This document shows, in pieces, positions 49,075-59,865 of a DNA stretch of 64,000 nucleotides. Origin of the DNA: Tubulanus polymorphus (Eukaryota; Animalia; Nemertea); the NCBI RefSeq assembly GCF_964204645.1, contig NC_134032.1, forward strand, positions 5,940,275 through 6,004,274, given 5' to 3'. The notes beneath the pieces are model-generated. The model was not told where the DNA came from, ran no database searches, and saw nothing but the letters and a program-made list of their open reading frames with translations. Within the stretch, counting starts at the first letter, position 1. Each line of letters starts with the position of its first letter. The translations under genes and the position numbers were made by a program.

Positions 49075-49876
49075 AATATGGCGGCTGACCGCTGGTCGAT
49101 TCATTTTCGAGCTCCGAAAAAAACGATGTATCACAGATGCAACTCAATCGCGATATGTGCTATTTGCGTTAAAAAAAACTCAGCCACCAGGATATAATTA
49201 ACAGATTGAAAAATCGAATCAACGTGAGTATAATTCATGCAATACTGAAAACAAATGTTTCATAACTGCGAAGGATGAATAGACGAGCAAGCAAGTCACC
49301 CGATCGAAATTCTGGGGCTTTCAGTATCATTACAAGATGCAAATCTACAAGTGATTAAAATTTCAAGATCGTGGATGCCCCGATTGAAATGTCCGACCAA
49401 ACTATTATAGCATTCATATCTAAATTTGGTATTTATGTGCACGGTTCTATCAAACGCGGACTCATCAAGGACACCGAAATTTTCACTGGAACTCGATACC
49501 TCCAGTTAAGTGAGATAACTGGAACAATCCCTAACTACAAATATTTGGAACTACAACGCCAGAATCTTTTATGATTATCAAGCCAAAAGATACATTCTGC
49601 AAGAGTAGTGATCACCCGTCGTTCAGGTGTCAACAGAGACCATCGAGGCAGAAAAAGTATTTTAAATGTGACGCGCTCGATCACATGCAGCGTGATTGTC
49701 CGCAGACCAACGCGCTTCAACCGAATAAACCGGACGACAGTTCACCGGATGGCACACCAAAGCTGACCAGTGAACCGGCACCTGTAAACACAAATGAAAA
49801 GCCGGTATCGAACGTCCTAATAGGTGATTCAAATCTACAAAGTTTGTTCAATAAAATTTTATTCAATTGAATTGAA
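49075..49876 (+). pseudogene. LINE ORF1 remnant (ZCCHC3-like RRM, two CCHC knuckles, start of SGNH esterase)
   Basis: IIAFISKFG...IFTGTRYLQL..IP; FCKSSDHPSFRC; FKCDALDHMQRDCP; LIGDSN, followed abruptly by AATAAA and an (ATTGA)n tail. Confidence 0.75.
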
Positions 49877-50039
49877 AATCTGTAATTAGTTTAAATTTTG
49901 GAACTACTACCACCACGTAGTGGAAGGGTCACCCAAACTGCAGTTAGACCTAGATCAGTGTATTAATTTATCAATGTACAAATAGTGCTGGTGGCATATA
50001 AATTGTATAATGTCAAAAATCAGCGTTGGCATTCAACCG

Positions 50040-50701
50040 CTAGACGTATCGGCCCCACTCCGCGCGACTGCGCGGGATTTACGCGAAGCAGCAGAACACA
50101 AACATGGCCACTCTCTCAATTTTCAATGATAGAAATCGTGTGTGCATTTCAATTATTTCGGCTGTTAGGGTTTTAAGGCACAATATAAGTTGATGATGTG
50201 ATATGGCAATGTTAACTAATGATAATTCCGCAGTGAAGCTAGTCACAAACGGTGCCGATTGAGTGTACAGCTGCCAAAAACACTGAAATGTGCGTAGTTG
50301 CGTAACTATTTGCAGTGAATTGCAGACGAAACATGAAGCCTTAACGGCCGTTTAAAAAGAAAATATACCAATCGCAATTGTAAAATAAAAAATGAGATAA
50401 AACCTAAGTTAAAATTCTGGCCATTTCTAAAATGTCATTACTAATCTTAAGTCAGTGCGGAACGTTTAGTTTTCCAACAATAATGAGGGGTGGTAGGTAG
50501 TCATGCAATTCAAGTCATCATTTATTACACGTTACTTCCGTGTTGCTGAAAATCTCGCGAGTCCTGGACCAAACCCCAATGAACAATGTGATCTGTGTGC
50601 TGGCCACAAATGCACACAGATCACACTACACTACCCATTACACACTCCAGCACCCACAGCTTTCATATATCCATCCAAATATTTAGTGTCTTTCTTCCTG
50701 G
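50040..50701 (-). mobile_element. TIR-less ~660-bp interspersed element, copy 1
   Basis: Highly similar inverted copy of 58050-58721. Confidence 0.9.
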
Positions 50702-51560
50702 GTAGCAGCGAACGTACTGTTCGTCTTCCTTAAGTTTAGTACATATTAACTGTAGGAGCCTAACAGCTAATTTCGATAAACTATCATATTTGCCAGATTC
50801 TTTAAATTCATATCCAACGATTATAGCGGTTTCTGACACTTGGACGAAACCTGAAAATGATAACGACATCTTGTACAATCACCATACGTATAATAATGTA
50901 TTTTTAAGCGGAGATTACTCTGTCAGTGGTGGTGTCGGTTTTTATTTAGAAAAAAAATGTAAATTTTAAATTACGATCGGATCTTATCTCAGATAATACG
51001 CATATGTTAGAATGTTTATTTATTGAATTACCCTGTAAGAATAAGAATATCATACTGGGTACGATAATATTTTGATACCGAATTTGAGAGATTACTGCAA
51101 CTTTTTAAGCAACTAAGTGCTATTTACGAGGCGATTACAACATAAATCTTTAAATGAGTGATCAATGCCACCAGACCTCCAAATTTCTAAACGGAGTTTT
51201 ATCCGTAGGATTCACCACTTATTCATGTATCCACTAGAATAACTGATTATACAGCTACTCTCATCGACAATATTTACACAAATTCTATCTCCGACTAGAA
51301 CACATCGGGGTGATCATTTCAGATATATCTGACCATCCACCTATATTTACACTAATACCGACTAAAATGAGCAAAACAAAATATAAAATAACTAATCGTT
51401 TGAAAAACGAAATTAGTATGGCTCACTTTGAAAGTAATCTAGCCGCGACTAGACTGGTCTGACGTCTTAGATGAAAATGATACCGAAACTGCTTATGACG
51501 CATTCCTTGACATTCTTAGCGGATTATTTGAATCTAGTTTTCCACTAGAAACGCATAATT

Positions 51561-52830
51561 GTGCGGGATCTTATAATAGTTGAATATTCTACTATTCTAC
51601 TATTCCACTTCCCTATTCTACTATCCTTACATTTCTTTTAGAAAAGTTAACTATTCTACTATTCTGCCAGTTCAGTTCAACGCACTGTAGAACTGTGTAT
51701 CAACCGTGTATATAGATTTATGTGTGAATAATATTAGTTATATTCAAGTTAGATTGTGAACCATGATCCATGTAAATTGTATTGTGACTGACTTATGTAT
51801 ATAATAAAGTTTGAACAGTATTCAGCACTGTGAGCAAGTCATTCCTGTAGTTTGTTTCGTACATTCTGGACAGAAGCCCTCGAGGATACAGTCAGGTCCG
51901 TCGCTGTCAGGACACTATCCTTACATTACTTTTAGAATAGTTAACTATTCTATTATTCTACTATTCTACTTCCCTTTTCTACTATCCTTACATTTCTTTT
52001 AGAAAAGTTAACTATTTTACTATTCTGCTATCCTTACATTTCTTCTAGAATAGTCAACTATTTAACTATTCTACTATCCTTACATATCTTTTAGAATAGT
52101 TAACTATTCTACTATTCTACTATCCTTACATTTCTATTAGAATAGTTTACTATTCTACCATTCTACTTCCCTATTCTACTATCCTTTCATTTCTTTTAGA
52201 ATAGTTTACTATTCTACTATTCTACTTCCCTATTCTACTATCTTTTCACTATTTTGACTATCCTTTAGAATAGAGAATAGTAACTATTCCATTATGATCG
52301 TACTCGATCGTAACGATCGTTAGAATAGTGATGGTCATAGTGAGAAAATCATAGAATAGTTAAGTAGTTAGGTATTTTCAAATCCTACTATTTTGACTAT
52401 CCGTTAGATAGTAGAATAGTAGATTAGTAACTATTCTATTACGATCGTACTCGATCGCTAGAATAGTGATAGTCAAAATGAGAAAAATCTTAGAATAGTA
52501 ATTTTCAAGTCCACTATTCTGACTATCCTTTAGGATAGTACAATAGTAACTACTCTAAAGGATAGTACAATAGTTACTACTCTATTACGATTGTACTCAA
52601 TTGTAACGATAGTTAGAATAGTGATGGTCATAATGATAAAAATCTTAGAATAGTAAGATAGTTAAGTATTTTCAAGCCCACTATTCTTTAGGATAGTAGA
52701 ATAGAAAAAACGTTTTGGATAGTGATAGAATAGCGACTTTTACGATCGTATATGATTTACATAGAATTGCATTGTAGAATAGTTTGAATAGTTATCTGCG
52801 TACTATTCTTCTATTTATTAGATCCCGCAC
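51561..52830. mobile_element. Foldback-like TIR element built from (CTATTCTA)/(TAGAATAG) motif arrays
   Basis: TIR GTGCGGGATCT / AGATCCCGCAC. The left half is rich in TACTATTCTACTATCC and the right half in TAGAATAGT/GGATAGTA. No clear TSD. Confidence 0.8.
51665..51914 (+). mobile_element. Probable truncated LTR fragment nested in the foldback element
   Basis: Non-repetitive insert with AATAAA, ending ...GTCAGGACA. Confidence 0.4.
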
Positions 52831-53472
52831 CGATCCGTTCACAGTCAATAGTAGTAAACCCCATAATCCCTGTTTTACGTCGGTACTTTTGAAGTCAATT
52901 TCTACTAAACACAGATTATATAAGATACGTATTCTTAAAAAGCAAATCCAATAGGGATAAGAATAAATATCTAAATTACAAAGATAAACTCAATAATACA
53001 CTTGAAACAGCGGAGAAAAATTACTACCATCGAAATCTCCTAAACCAGAAGAATAATATGAAAAACACATGGAAAATCATTGCTTGAAAATCATTGAGTA
53101 ATCATTGATTTAGTTCGAACACTCAAAAGCTCTAACACTTCTGGCACCGATGGTATACCCAAGATAATTATTAAATATGTCATACCAGAAATTGTAGCCC
53201 ATTTATGCCTTCAATAGGTCATTCAATTCTGGAATTGTTCTTTGTAAGCTCAAAACGGCCTATCTTTAAGTCAGGTGACACATGCGAAGCAAAATATTAT
53301 CGTCATATCTCAATTCTCACTCTGTTTCCAGAATTCTAGGAAAACTTATGTATAATCGACTATCGAACTTCTGTACTAAACATGCGATTCTCTCCTACAA
53401 ACAATTTGGCTTTCGGAAAAAATATTCAACATAGCATTGATAACATTACTAGATAAAATCACTAAAAACCTG

Positions 53473-54377
53473 GGCTGGGTTTCATATGTGGAGAAAAATA
53501 GTCCCTGGGAACATTTTGAATTTTGTCAGTTATAACCATGGTTTCTCATCAGCCGCGTTCACACGACAGCTAGTTAGACCGGTCTAAATGGGTCCGTACC
53601 TGGTCCGGTCCAAATTCAGACCGGACCAAATTTTGGTGAGCGTTCACACGGCGTTTTGACACGCGGTGATAAAATCGCTTGTCACCGGGCCCACAAGATG
53701 TCACCATCTGCTAAATAATTAATTGCGCCTGGATGAAGTCTTGCTTCCATATTCCAAGTAGTGCAAGACATTCTTCATTTGACCATTTCGATCCTCTGTC
53801 AGGTTTATACATTTTTGCGAATTCGATTTTATTCTATCATGCTGAAACTCTAAGTGTCGTTTAAACACGGTTCAAAGCATGGCAGTAAAACGTATGATGA
53901 TCGCGATATACGAATACGAATTACGCTGCAAACATTTCCATTGAATAGGGAGGAAAAAGAGAACTTAAAAATAATTACATAAACGGTAATAAAAGCATTT
54001 AAAACTTAATAAACTGGACTCACACTCTACCGCAGAGGTTGCGACATCTACCGCAGAGATTCAGAATTACGGTTTAGACCGGACCTGGTACCAGTTTCTG
54101 TCCACACACGCATATTTAGACCGGTCCGAAATTTGGTCCGGACCTGGTCCGCTCTTTTCGACCGTGCCAAATTAGACCGGTCTAAACTAGACCGGTCTAA
54201 TTTGGAACGGCATTTTTGCCCGTGTGAACGCTTGGTCCGGTCTAAATTGGACCGGACCAAATTTAGACCGGTCTAAATTTCGTCGTGTGAACGCGCCTAT
54301 TGTTACTATGGTGGTTATTACCCAGATTGAGGATTTACCCCCAGATAACTTTGATACTCAGTCTATGTAACCGGGCC
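53473..54377. mobile_element. Harbinger-like MITE with CTG TSD (hosts MITE family C)
   Basis: TIR GGCTGGGTTTCATA / TATGTAACCGGGCC; CTG duplicated at 53470-53472 and 54378-54380; removal restores the CR1 frame I-T-K-N-L-D-D-G. Confidence 0.85.
53551..54298 (+). mobile_element. MITE family C, long copy
   Basis: TIRs AGCCGCGTTCACACGAC / GTCGTGTGAACGCGCCT with many TAGACCGGTCTA palindromes. Confidence 0.92.
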
Positions 54378-54551
54378 CTGGATGATGGTTAAATTACAGC
54401 ACTAATTCTACTTGACCTTAAAAAGGACAGCTGCCAGATTTTTAGGTGTTATAATTGATGAGAAGATTACATGGGAACACCATATACATCAAGTTAAAAT
54501 TAAACTAAAATATAGACTACCCAATTGTTGATAATTGAACGTATTATCTAT

Positions 54552-54862
54552 TGTGGTTTTCTGTCGCCTCTGGTGCTTAATTCCAGTTGTGAATTTTCAA
54601 AACATTTAAGCATTCGGCATTCAGTGTATGGTATGTGATTCTCAGTTTACCTGAGCTCTGAAAATCCTTTATTCTGGGCATTCGCCACTTGGACTTCATA
54701 CCCTTCGCATCGATATAGAGTTGTAAGTAAAATTCTTATAATTGTCAAATCTTGCCTACATAATCCAGAAGCCCGAGTTTATTATGTTTATCATAATTTA
54801 TCACATTTAGCAAAATGTTAAAACTCTATCGTTAGTTCATTTTGTTATCTGTTGTGTCACCA
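54552..54862 (+). mobile_element. Possible 5' LTR of BEL/Pao element 1
   Basis: TG start and CA end, immediately upstream of the gag remnant; contains AGTTGTAAGTAA like the solo LTR at 59003-59370. Boundaries uncertain. Confidence 0.35.
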
Positions 54863-54887
54863 GAATCGTCTTTGATGTCGAAAGCGG

Positions 54888-57800
54888 GTGACGATAAGAG
54901 CGATATTCACTCTTATGTGTTGCCATGTTGCAAAGTTTGAAAGATTCTCGTTCTGCTCTGGCTGGTTGGGTCAGCCGTGCCCTCAAACCTGTAATGAGAC
55001 TCGTGAATCAAGTAGTATTGATGCCCTCAAATTATGCAAACAGAAGTTGATGCGTGCCTTTGATAAGTTGCAGTCTACTCATCTAAAATACATCGAGCTA
55101 GTTGATGAACAGCCGGTTGTCGATGAAGAGTCATGGTTTGATTTGTATAATGACTCAGTTATCCGTAAATTAGATGCAATTGATTCTAAAATTCAAAATC
55201 TAATAGATTCCAGTAGTTCCAGAAGATCCGTAGCGTCACAGAAGTCTGCCGGTCCGAAAAAGACTTATCCATACACATTGGCTAAGTTAAGCGTTAGTCA
55301 AGCGCGGCGACGAGCCGTAGATGCTCAGGAAGCAGTGGAGAAAGCAGAGATGCGAGTCGACTTGTTGGAATGTTTTGCGGATGAATTGCCGGTGGAAAGG
55401 GCGCTCGGTGTGCATTGGGACGTTGGATCAGACAGCTTTGTCTTCAAGCAAGTGGGTAAAGGGGGCTTTCCAACCACAAAACGTCGTATCGTGAGTTTAG
55501 TTAGTTCGATTCTTGACTCCCTGGGATTTGTTTCCCCCTTTATCTTGAGGGCAAAAGGCATCACTCAGGAACTTTGGCGTCAAGGAAACGACTGGGACGA
55601 CCCGATAGATGGGGACTTAGCTGATAGATGGCAGAACTGGGTCCAAGAGTTGAAGTGTTTGGCTGGATTTTGTGTTAATCGACATCACATCGACTTGGTA
55701 GTCAGCGACACTGCGGTCGAACTTCACGTATTTGCCAATGCTTCTGAACAGGGATTTGGAGCTGTTGTTTATTTACGTATCATCATACCTAATGGTGAGT
55801 TCCATTGTTCATTTCTCGCTTCCAAAACTCATATAGCACCTGTGAAGTCCCTGACTATCCCTTAGTTAGAGCTAGAGGGCGCTGTCTTAGCTGTCTTAAT
55901 ATGCAACATCTTGGAGGAAGAGCTGCACGATCAGCTGAAATTTCAACGTATTCTCTTCTGGACGGACTCCCTGAATGTCCTCCGTTACATTAATAATAAG
56001 ACTACGAGATTCAAGAAGTTAGTCGCAAATCGGCTGACGAAGATTATGCAGAGCTCGGAGGTTGAGCAGTGGATGCATGTTTCATCTACCATGAATCCGG
56101 CAGATGCATGTACACGTGGTTTGCGTGCGGATGAAATAGCGCAATCTCGTTTTCTAAAAGGGCCTGAAATTTTGTGGTATGACATTGATCAATAGCCCGG
56201 TCAAGAAATTGTTCGAGGCCCTGTTCGAAATGAAACTGAAATAAAAAGAGCCATTGTAAATACTTGTGACAGTACAATTGTTGAAAATTCTGTAAATACT
56301 ACAGATTATTTTCGTCACATTTTCATGGGCTTGCATGCTTGCAAGCCCATATTGCTATCACACGGATTGATAAGTTGCTTGGGGAGTCGATAACTTTCGT
56401 TAGAAACTTTCTTGGGCTCTGATATTTACACACATTTAATGCAGTAATAAAATCTAGGTTCCTTCGTATATTGGCTATATCGGTTGTCGTTTTCACTGTC
56501 TTATGATTTAGTTTAATCGTTTTTTGTTATTTCAGCAGCGCATACCGACCTAGGTTGAGCGTGCGTGATAAGTGTTGTAATTGGTATTCATGCGCGGCAT
56601 AGTGCTGCCGACAATTCAATTCATTCTTTACTGACACAATAAAAGATTTACTTTCACGTTTTTGAAAAATTCTTTTAATTTTCTTTTACTTTCATTGGGT
56701 GCTTGCGTTAGCATTTGAAAAATCTCTGTATGAACATTTATATTCTTCATTTTAAGTATCTAAAACTAATTAAAACCCGCTTTTCTATAAAATAAATTCT
56801 GAATTGAATTGAAGACTGGTTCCCTGTCTCTTCCAAGAGCCAGGGGGCGGTAGTCTATGGTGGCAATAAACTTTAGGAGTAAACTTTATCGGATGATCGT
56901 AGTGGATTGTCGTTTGCAACTTATTCTTGCTTAATGTCTTTATTATTTCAAAAAGAAAAATCGTGGCTCCTATCTATTTTCGAGTGCGGCTTCTATGCAA
57001 AATCATTTCAACAAATCCGATACGTAATCTAGCAATTATCTACACGATGATAGATTCCGTCAAGACACTGCAATATTAAAATATAAACTATCCAAAAGCT
57101 TGCACTAACTTGGTCCACGTCTACACTAAAAACATTCTCCGATTCCCAGTCCCCGTGTGTAACATTTGATGTACGATGTACGACAACACCGATCTCTTGG
57201 CTCTTTAAGTAATCAGTTCAAAGTTCGATTAATTCTACTACAGAAATACAAAACCACCAAGCAAGCTTTCAGTACAACCATGTCAGCAAGCCCATTATTA
57301 GGATCTCTTTCTTGTTGTTTCTGATATTGTCGAGATTGAGAAGTTTTCTAGTTGGATGAAGTTACAGCGACATACTGCTTTGGTTCTTAGAGCAGTTACA
57401 AAGTTTGTGAAACATATTCCACTTTTGAACAGGGTATATGGGAATGATATTTCATCCAAATTCTTGCTGTACTCTTTAATGAAGCCCGCTTCATATTTTC
57501 TCGTAAAGGATGCTCGTATGCGGTATTTTTGCCCATGAGATTGATTCACTAAGCTGTGATAATGTCCTTTCTAGGAAAAGTTCTCTAGTGTCGCTTTTTC
57601 GATGGAAAACTGCTACGGGTTGGGGGCAGGCTGAGTAGGGCTAACATCCCCTAGGAAGCAAAATATCAGATTATTCCGCCATACGGTGACTACATAACTC
57701 GCCTCCTAATCACGTTCACTCGTGATATCTTATAACACTCAGGTACTGAACACGTAATTGCCGAGTTACGTCAAATATATTGGCCATTGATAGCACGATG

Positions 57801-59002
57801 CGCTGTGAATAGCGTCATTCGTAAGTGATTAGTGTGTCGTGTATGGCCACTTAAACCTGCGGTCACACGAATGGCTGATCTAAGAGCAATTGTTAGATAA
57901 TTGCTCGTAGGGCTGATTTACCAGTCGCCAGGGTAAGTGCTTACACCCGTCGTTTTTTTGTACACTTGGGTCGATTATTTTGGCCCTTTGTTTGTGAAAC
58001 GTTGCAGGAGTACGGTCAAACGTTGGGGTGTCTGCTTTCATTTTTAGTATCCAGGAAGAAAGACACCCTAAATATTTGGATGGATATATGAAAGCTATGG
58101 GTACTGGAGTGTTTAATGGGTAGTGTAGTGTGATCTGTGTGCATTTGTGGCCAGCACACAGATTACATTGTTCAATGGGGTTTGGTCCAGGACTCGCGAG
58201 ATTTTCAACAACACGGAAGTAACGCGTAATAAATGATGACTTGAATTGCATTACTACCTACCACCCCTCATTATTGTTGGAAAACTAAACGTTCGGCACT
58301 GACTAAAAATTAGTAATAACATTTTAGAAATGGCCAGAATTTTAACTTAGGTTCTATCTCATTTTTATTTTACAATTGCGATTGGTATAATTTTTTTTTA
58401 AATGGCCGTTAAGGCTTCATATTTCGTCTGCAATTCACTGCAAATAGTTACGCAACTATGCACATTTCAGTGTTTTTGGCAGCTGTACACTCAATCGGCA
58501 CCGTTCGTGACTAGCTTCACTGCGGAATTATCATTAATTAACATCGCCATATCACATCATCAACTTGTATTGTGCCTTAAAACCCTAACGGCCGAAATAA
58601 TTGAAATGCACACACGATTTCTATCATTGAAAATTGAGAGAGTGGCCATGTTTGTATTTGCTGCTTCGCGTAAATTCCCCGCGGTGGCGCAACCGCGCGG
58701 AGTGGGGCCGATACGTCCAGGGCCATTCACATATATATAGAAGTCGCGGATGATTTGGAAACCGATGCTTTCATCCTCAGGCGGAATAATTTAGCGATAA
58801 CGGTAGCAATTTTGTCGGCGCAGAAAGAGAATTGGCTCGGGCCATCCGTAATTTCAATCAAACTGTAATTAACAATTTCCTTCAACAGAAGCAAATTTTG
58901 TGGCACTTTTCACCACCATCCGCCTCACACTTTGGGGGTGTATGAGAGAGATTAGTTAAGTCAGTAAAGAGATCGTTGAAAGCCGTTTTAAAAGAACAAC
59001 AG
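54888..59002 (+). mobile_element. BEL/Pao LTR retrotransposon 1, internally deleted and interrupted
   Basis: gag N-terminus fused to ERALGVHWD, ELHVFANASEQGFGAVVY, IAPVKSLTIP*LEL, FWTDS, NPADACTRG. Integrase motifs RVGGRL, HSGTEH, VDYFGP, RAIHI, DNGSNFVGAEREL, SHFGGV*ERLVKSVKR. Confidence 0.92.
58050..58721 (+). mobile_element. TIR-less ~670-bp interspersed element, copy 2, bounded by TCCAGG direct repeats
   Basis: TCCAGG at 58050-58055 and 58716-58721; removal restores integrase L-V-S-R-A-I-H-I. Confidence 0.9.
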
Positions 59003-59370
59003 TGTCACAAACCGTTTGATCAAATCTGTCAACTAAGGGTTTAGCTCGTAGCTCTATTGTTGTCATAGTGTACTGTGCTGTAATCCCCTTTTTACGCTAC
59101 GAATTTCCTGCTATAAACTCGTTCGTATACCTTGTTCTCGTCGCAATACGCCACCAGCCTACTTGACGGACGGATCTCGATGCATAGTTCGCAAACGAAG
59201 TTGTAAGTAATGTAATACATAGATTAATATTTGAATAATTAGACGTCATCTGTTTGTTGTTTGTCTGATATGTAATTTGCATTTTCAGTTAACGGAAGTT
59301 CAATAAAGTATTCCTGTTAAAACCGTTTCGCAGTTACTTCTATGTTATCGCGAGGGCTCTGTCCCTGACA
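59003..59370 (+). mobile_element. Solo LTR (368 bp) with 5-bp TSD
   Basis: TGTCA...TGACA termini, AACAG duplicated at 58998-59002 and 59371-59375, TATAAA at ~59112 and AATAAA at ~59302. Confidence 0.9.
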
Positions 59371-59373
59371 AAC

Positions 59374-59514
59374 AGTAATAGGGAATATGGGGGTTCAGAT
59401 CAAAGGTCGAGTTCATAAAAATGAAAAATAAATCCTCGCACACTCAAATTTATTTTTCATTTTTATGAATTCGCCCTCTCAACCTTTAATCTGAACGCCA
59501 TATTTCCTATTACT
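59374..59514. repeat. 141-bp hairpin (~60-bp arms, 22-bp perfect inner stem, 14-nt loop)
   Basis: 59412-59433 is the exact reverse complement of 59448-59469; the outer arms AGTAATAGGGAATATGG.. / ..CCATATTTCCTATTACT also pair. Confidence 0.9.
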
Positions 59515-59573
59515 CTTAAAATATTAATCTAATAACTTCTAAAATCAATTTTAATAAAAAATTGGATATTAAA

Positions 59574-59865
59574 ATGGAAGCAAATAAGTACTACTGTTCA
59601 ACATGTAAAATTGATATAGATAAATCTCAAAAAGCAAGACATAATAAAACTAAAACACACTTAGAAAATAAATTAAAGTTAGAATATAAAGATAATATAT
59701 TAGAAACTAAATTAGATGAATTAGAGAATGAAAAAGAAATATATAAATATGACACATGTAATCAATCATTCAGTAACAAAAGATATTATAAAGAACATTT
59801 AAAATCTAAAAAGTCATATTAGAAATATGAATAATGATATTTTAGGTGAAGATTATTTTGATAAT
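59574..59865 (+). pseudogene. Very AT-rich fragment with two matrin/U1-type C2H2 zinc fingers
   Basis: YYCSTCKIDIDKSQKARHNKTKTH and YKYDTCNQSFSNKRYYKEHLKSK(S)H; the first Cys of finger 2 is lost and there is a one-base frameshift. Truncated by BEL gag. Confidence 0.6.

Larger units (their letters stand above)
50730..54510 (+). mobile_element. Decayed CR1/L2-group LINE ORF2 with nested insertions
   Basis: APE motifs LSLVHINCRSL, IAVSDTW, GGGVGFY, TRITDYTATLIDNIYTN, SDH. RT-proximal QFGFRKK, ITKNLDDG and FLGVIIDEKITWEHHI. Confidence 0.88.

Noticed and set aside
50503-50733. ORF MQFKSSFITRYF... repeated at 57880-58251
   Set aside because: It lies within the duplicated 670-bp element; the start codon is not conserved and the frames run into unrelated flanks.
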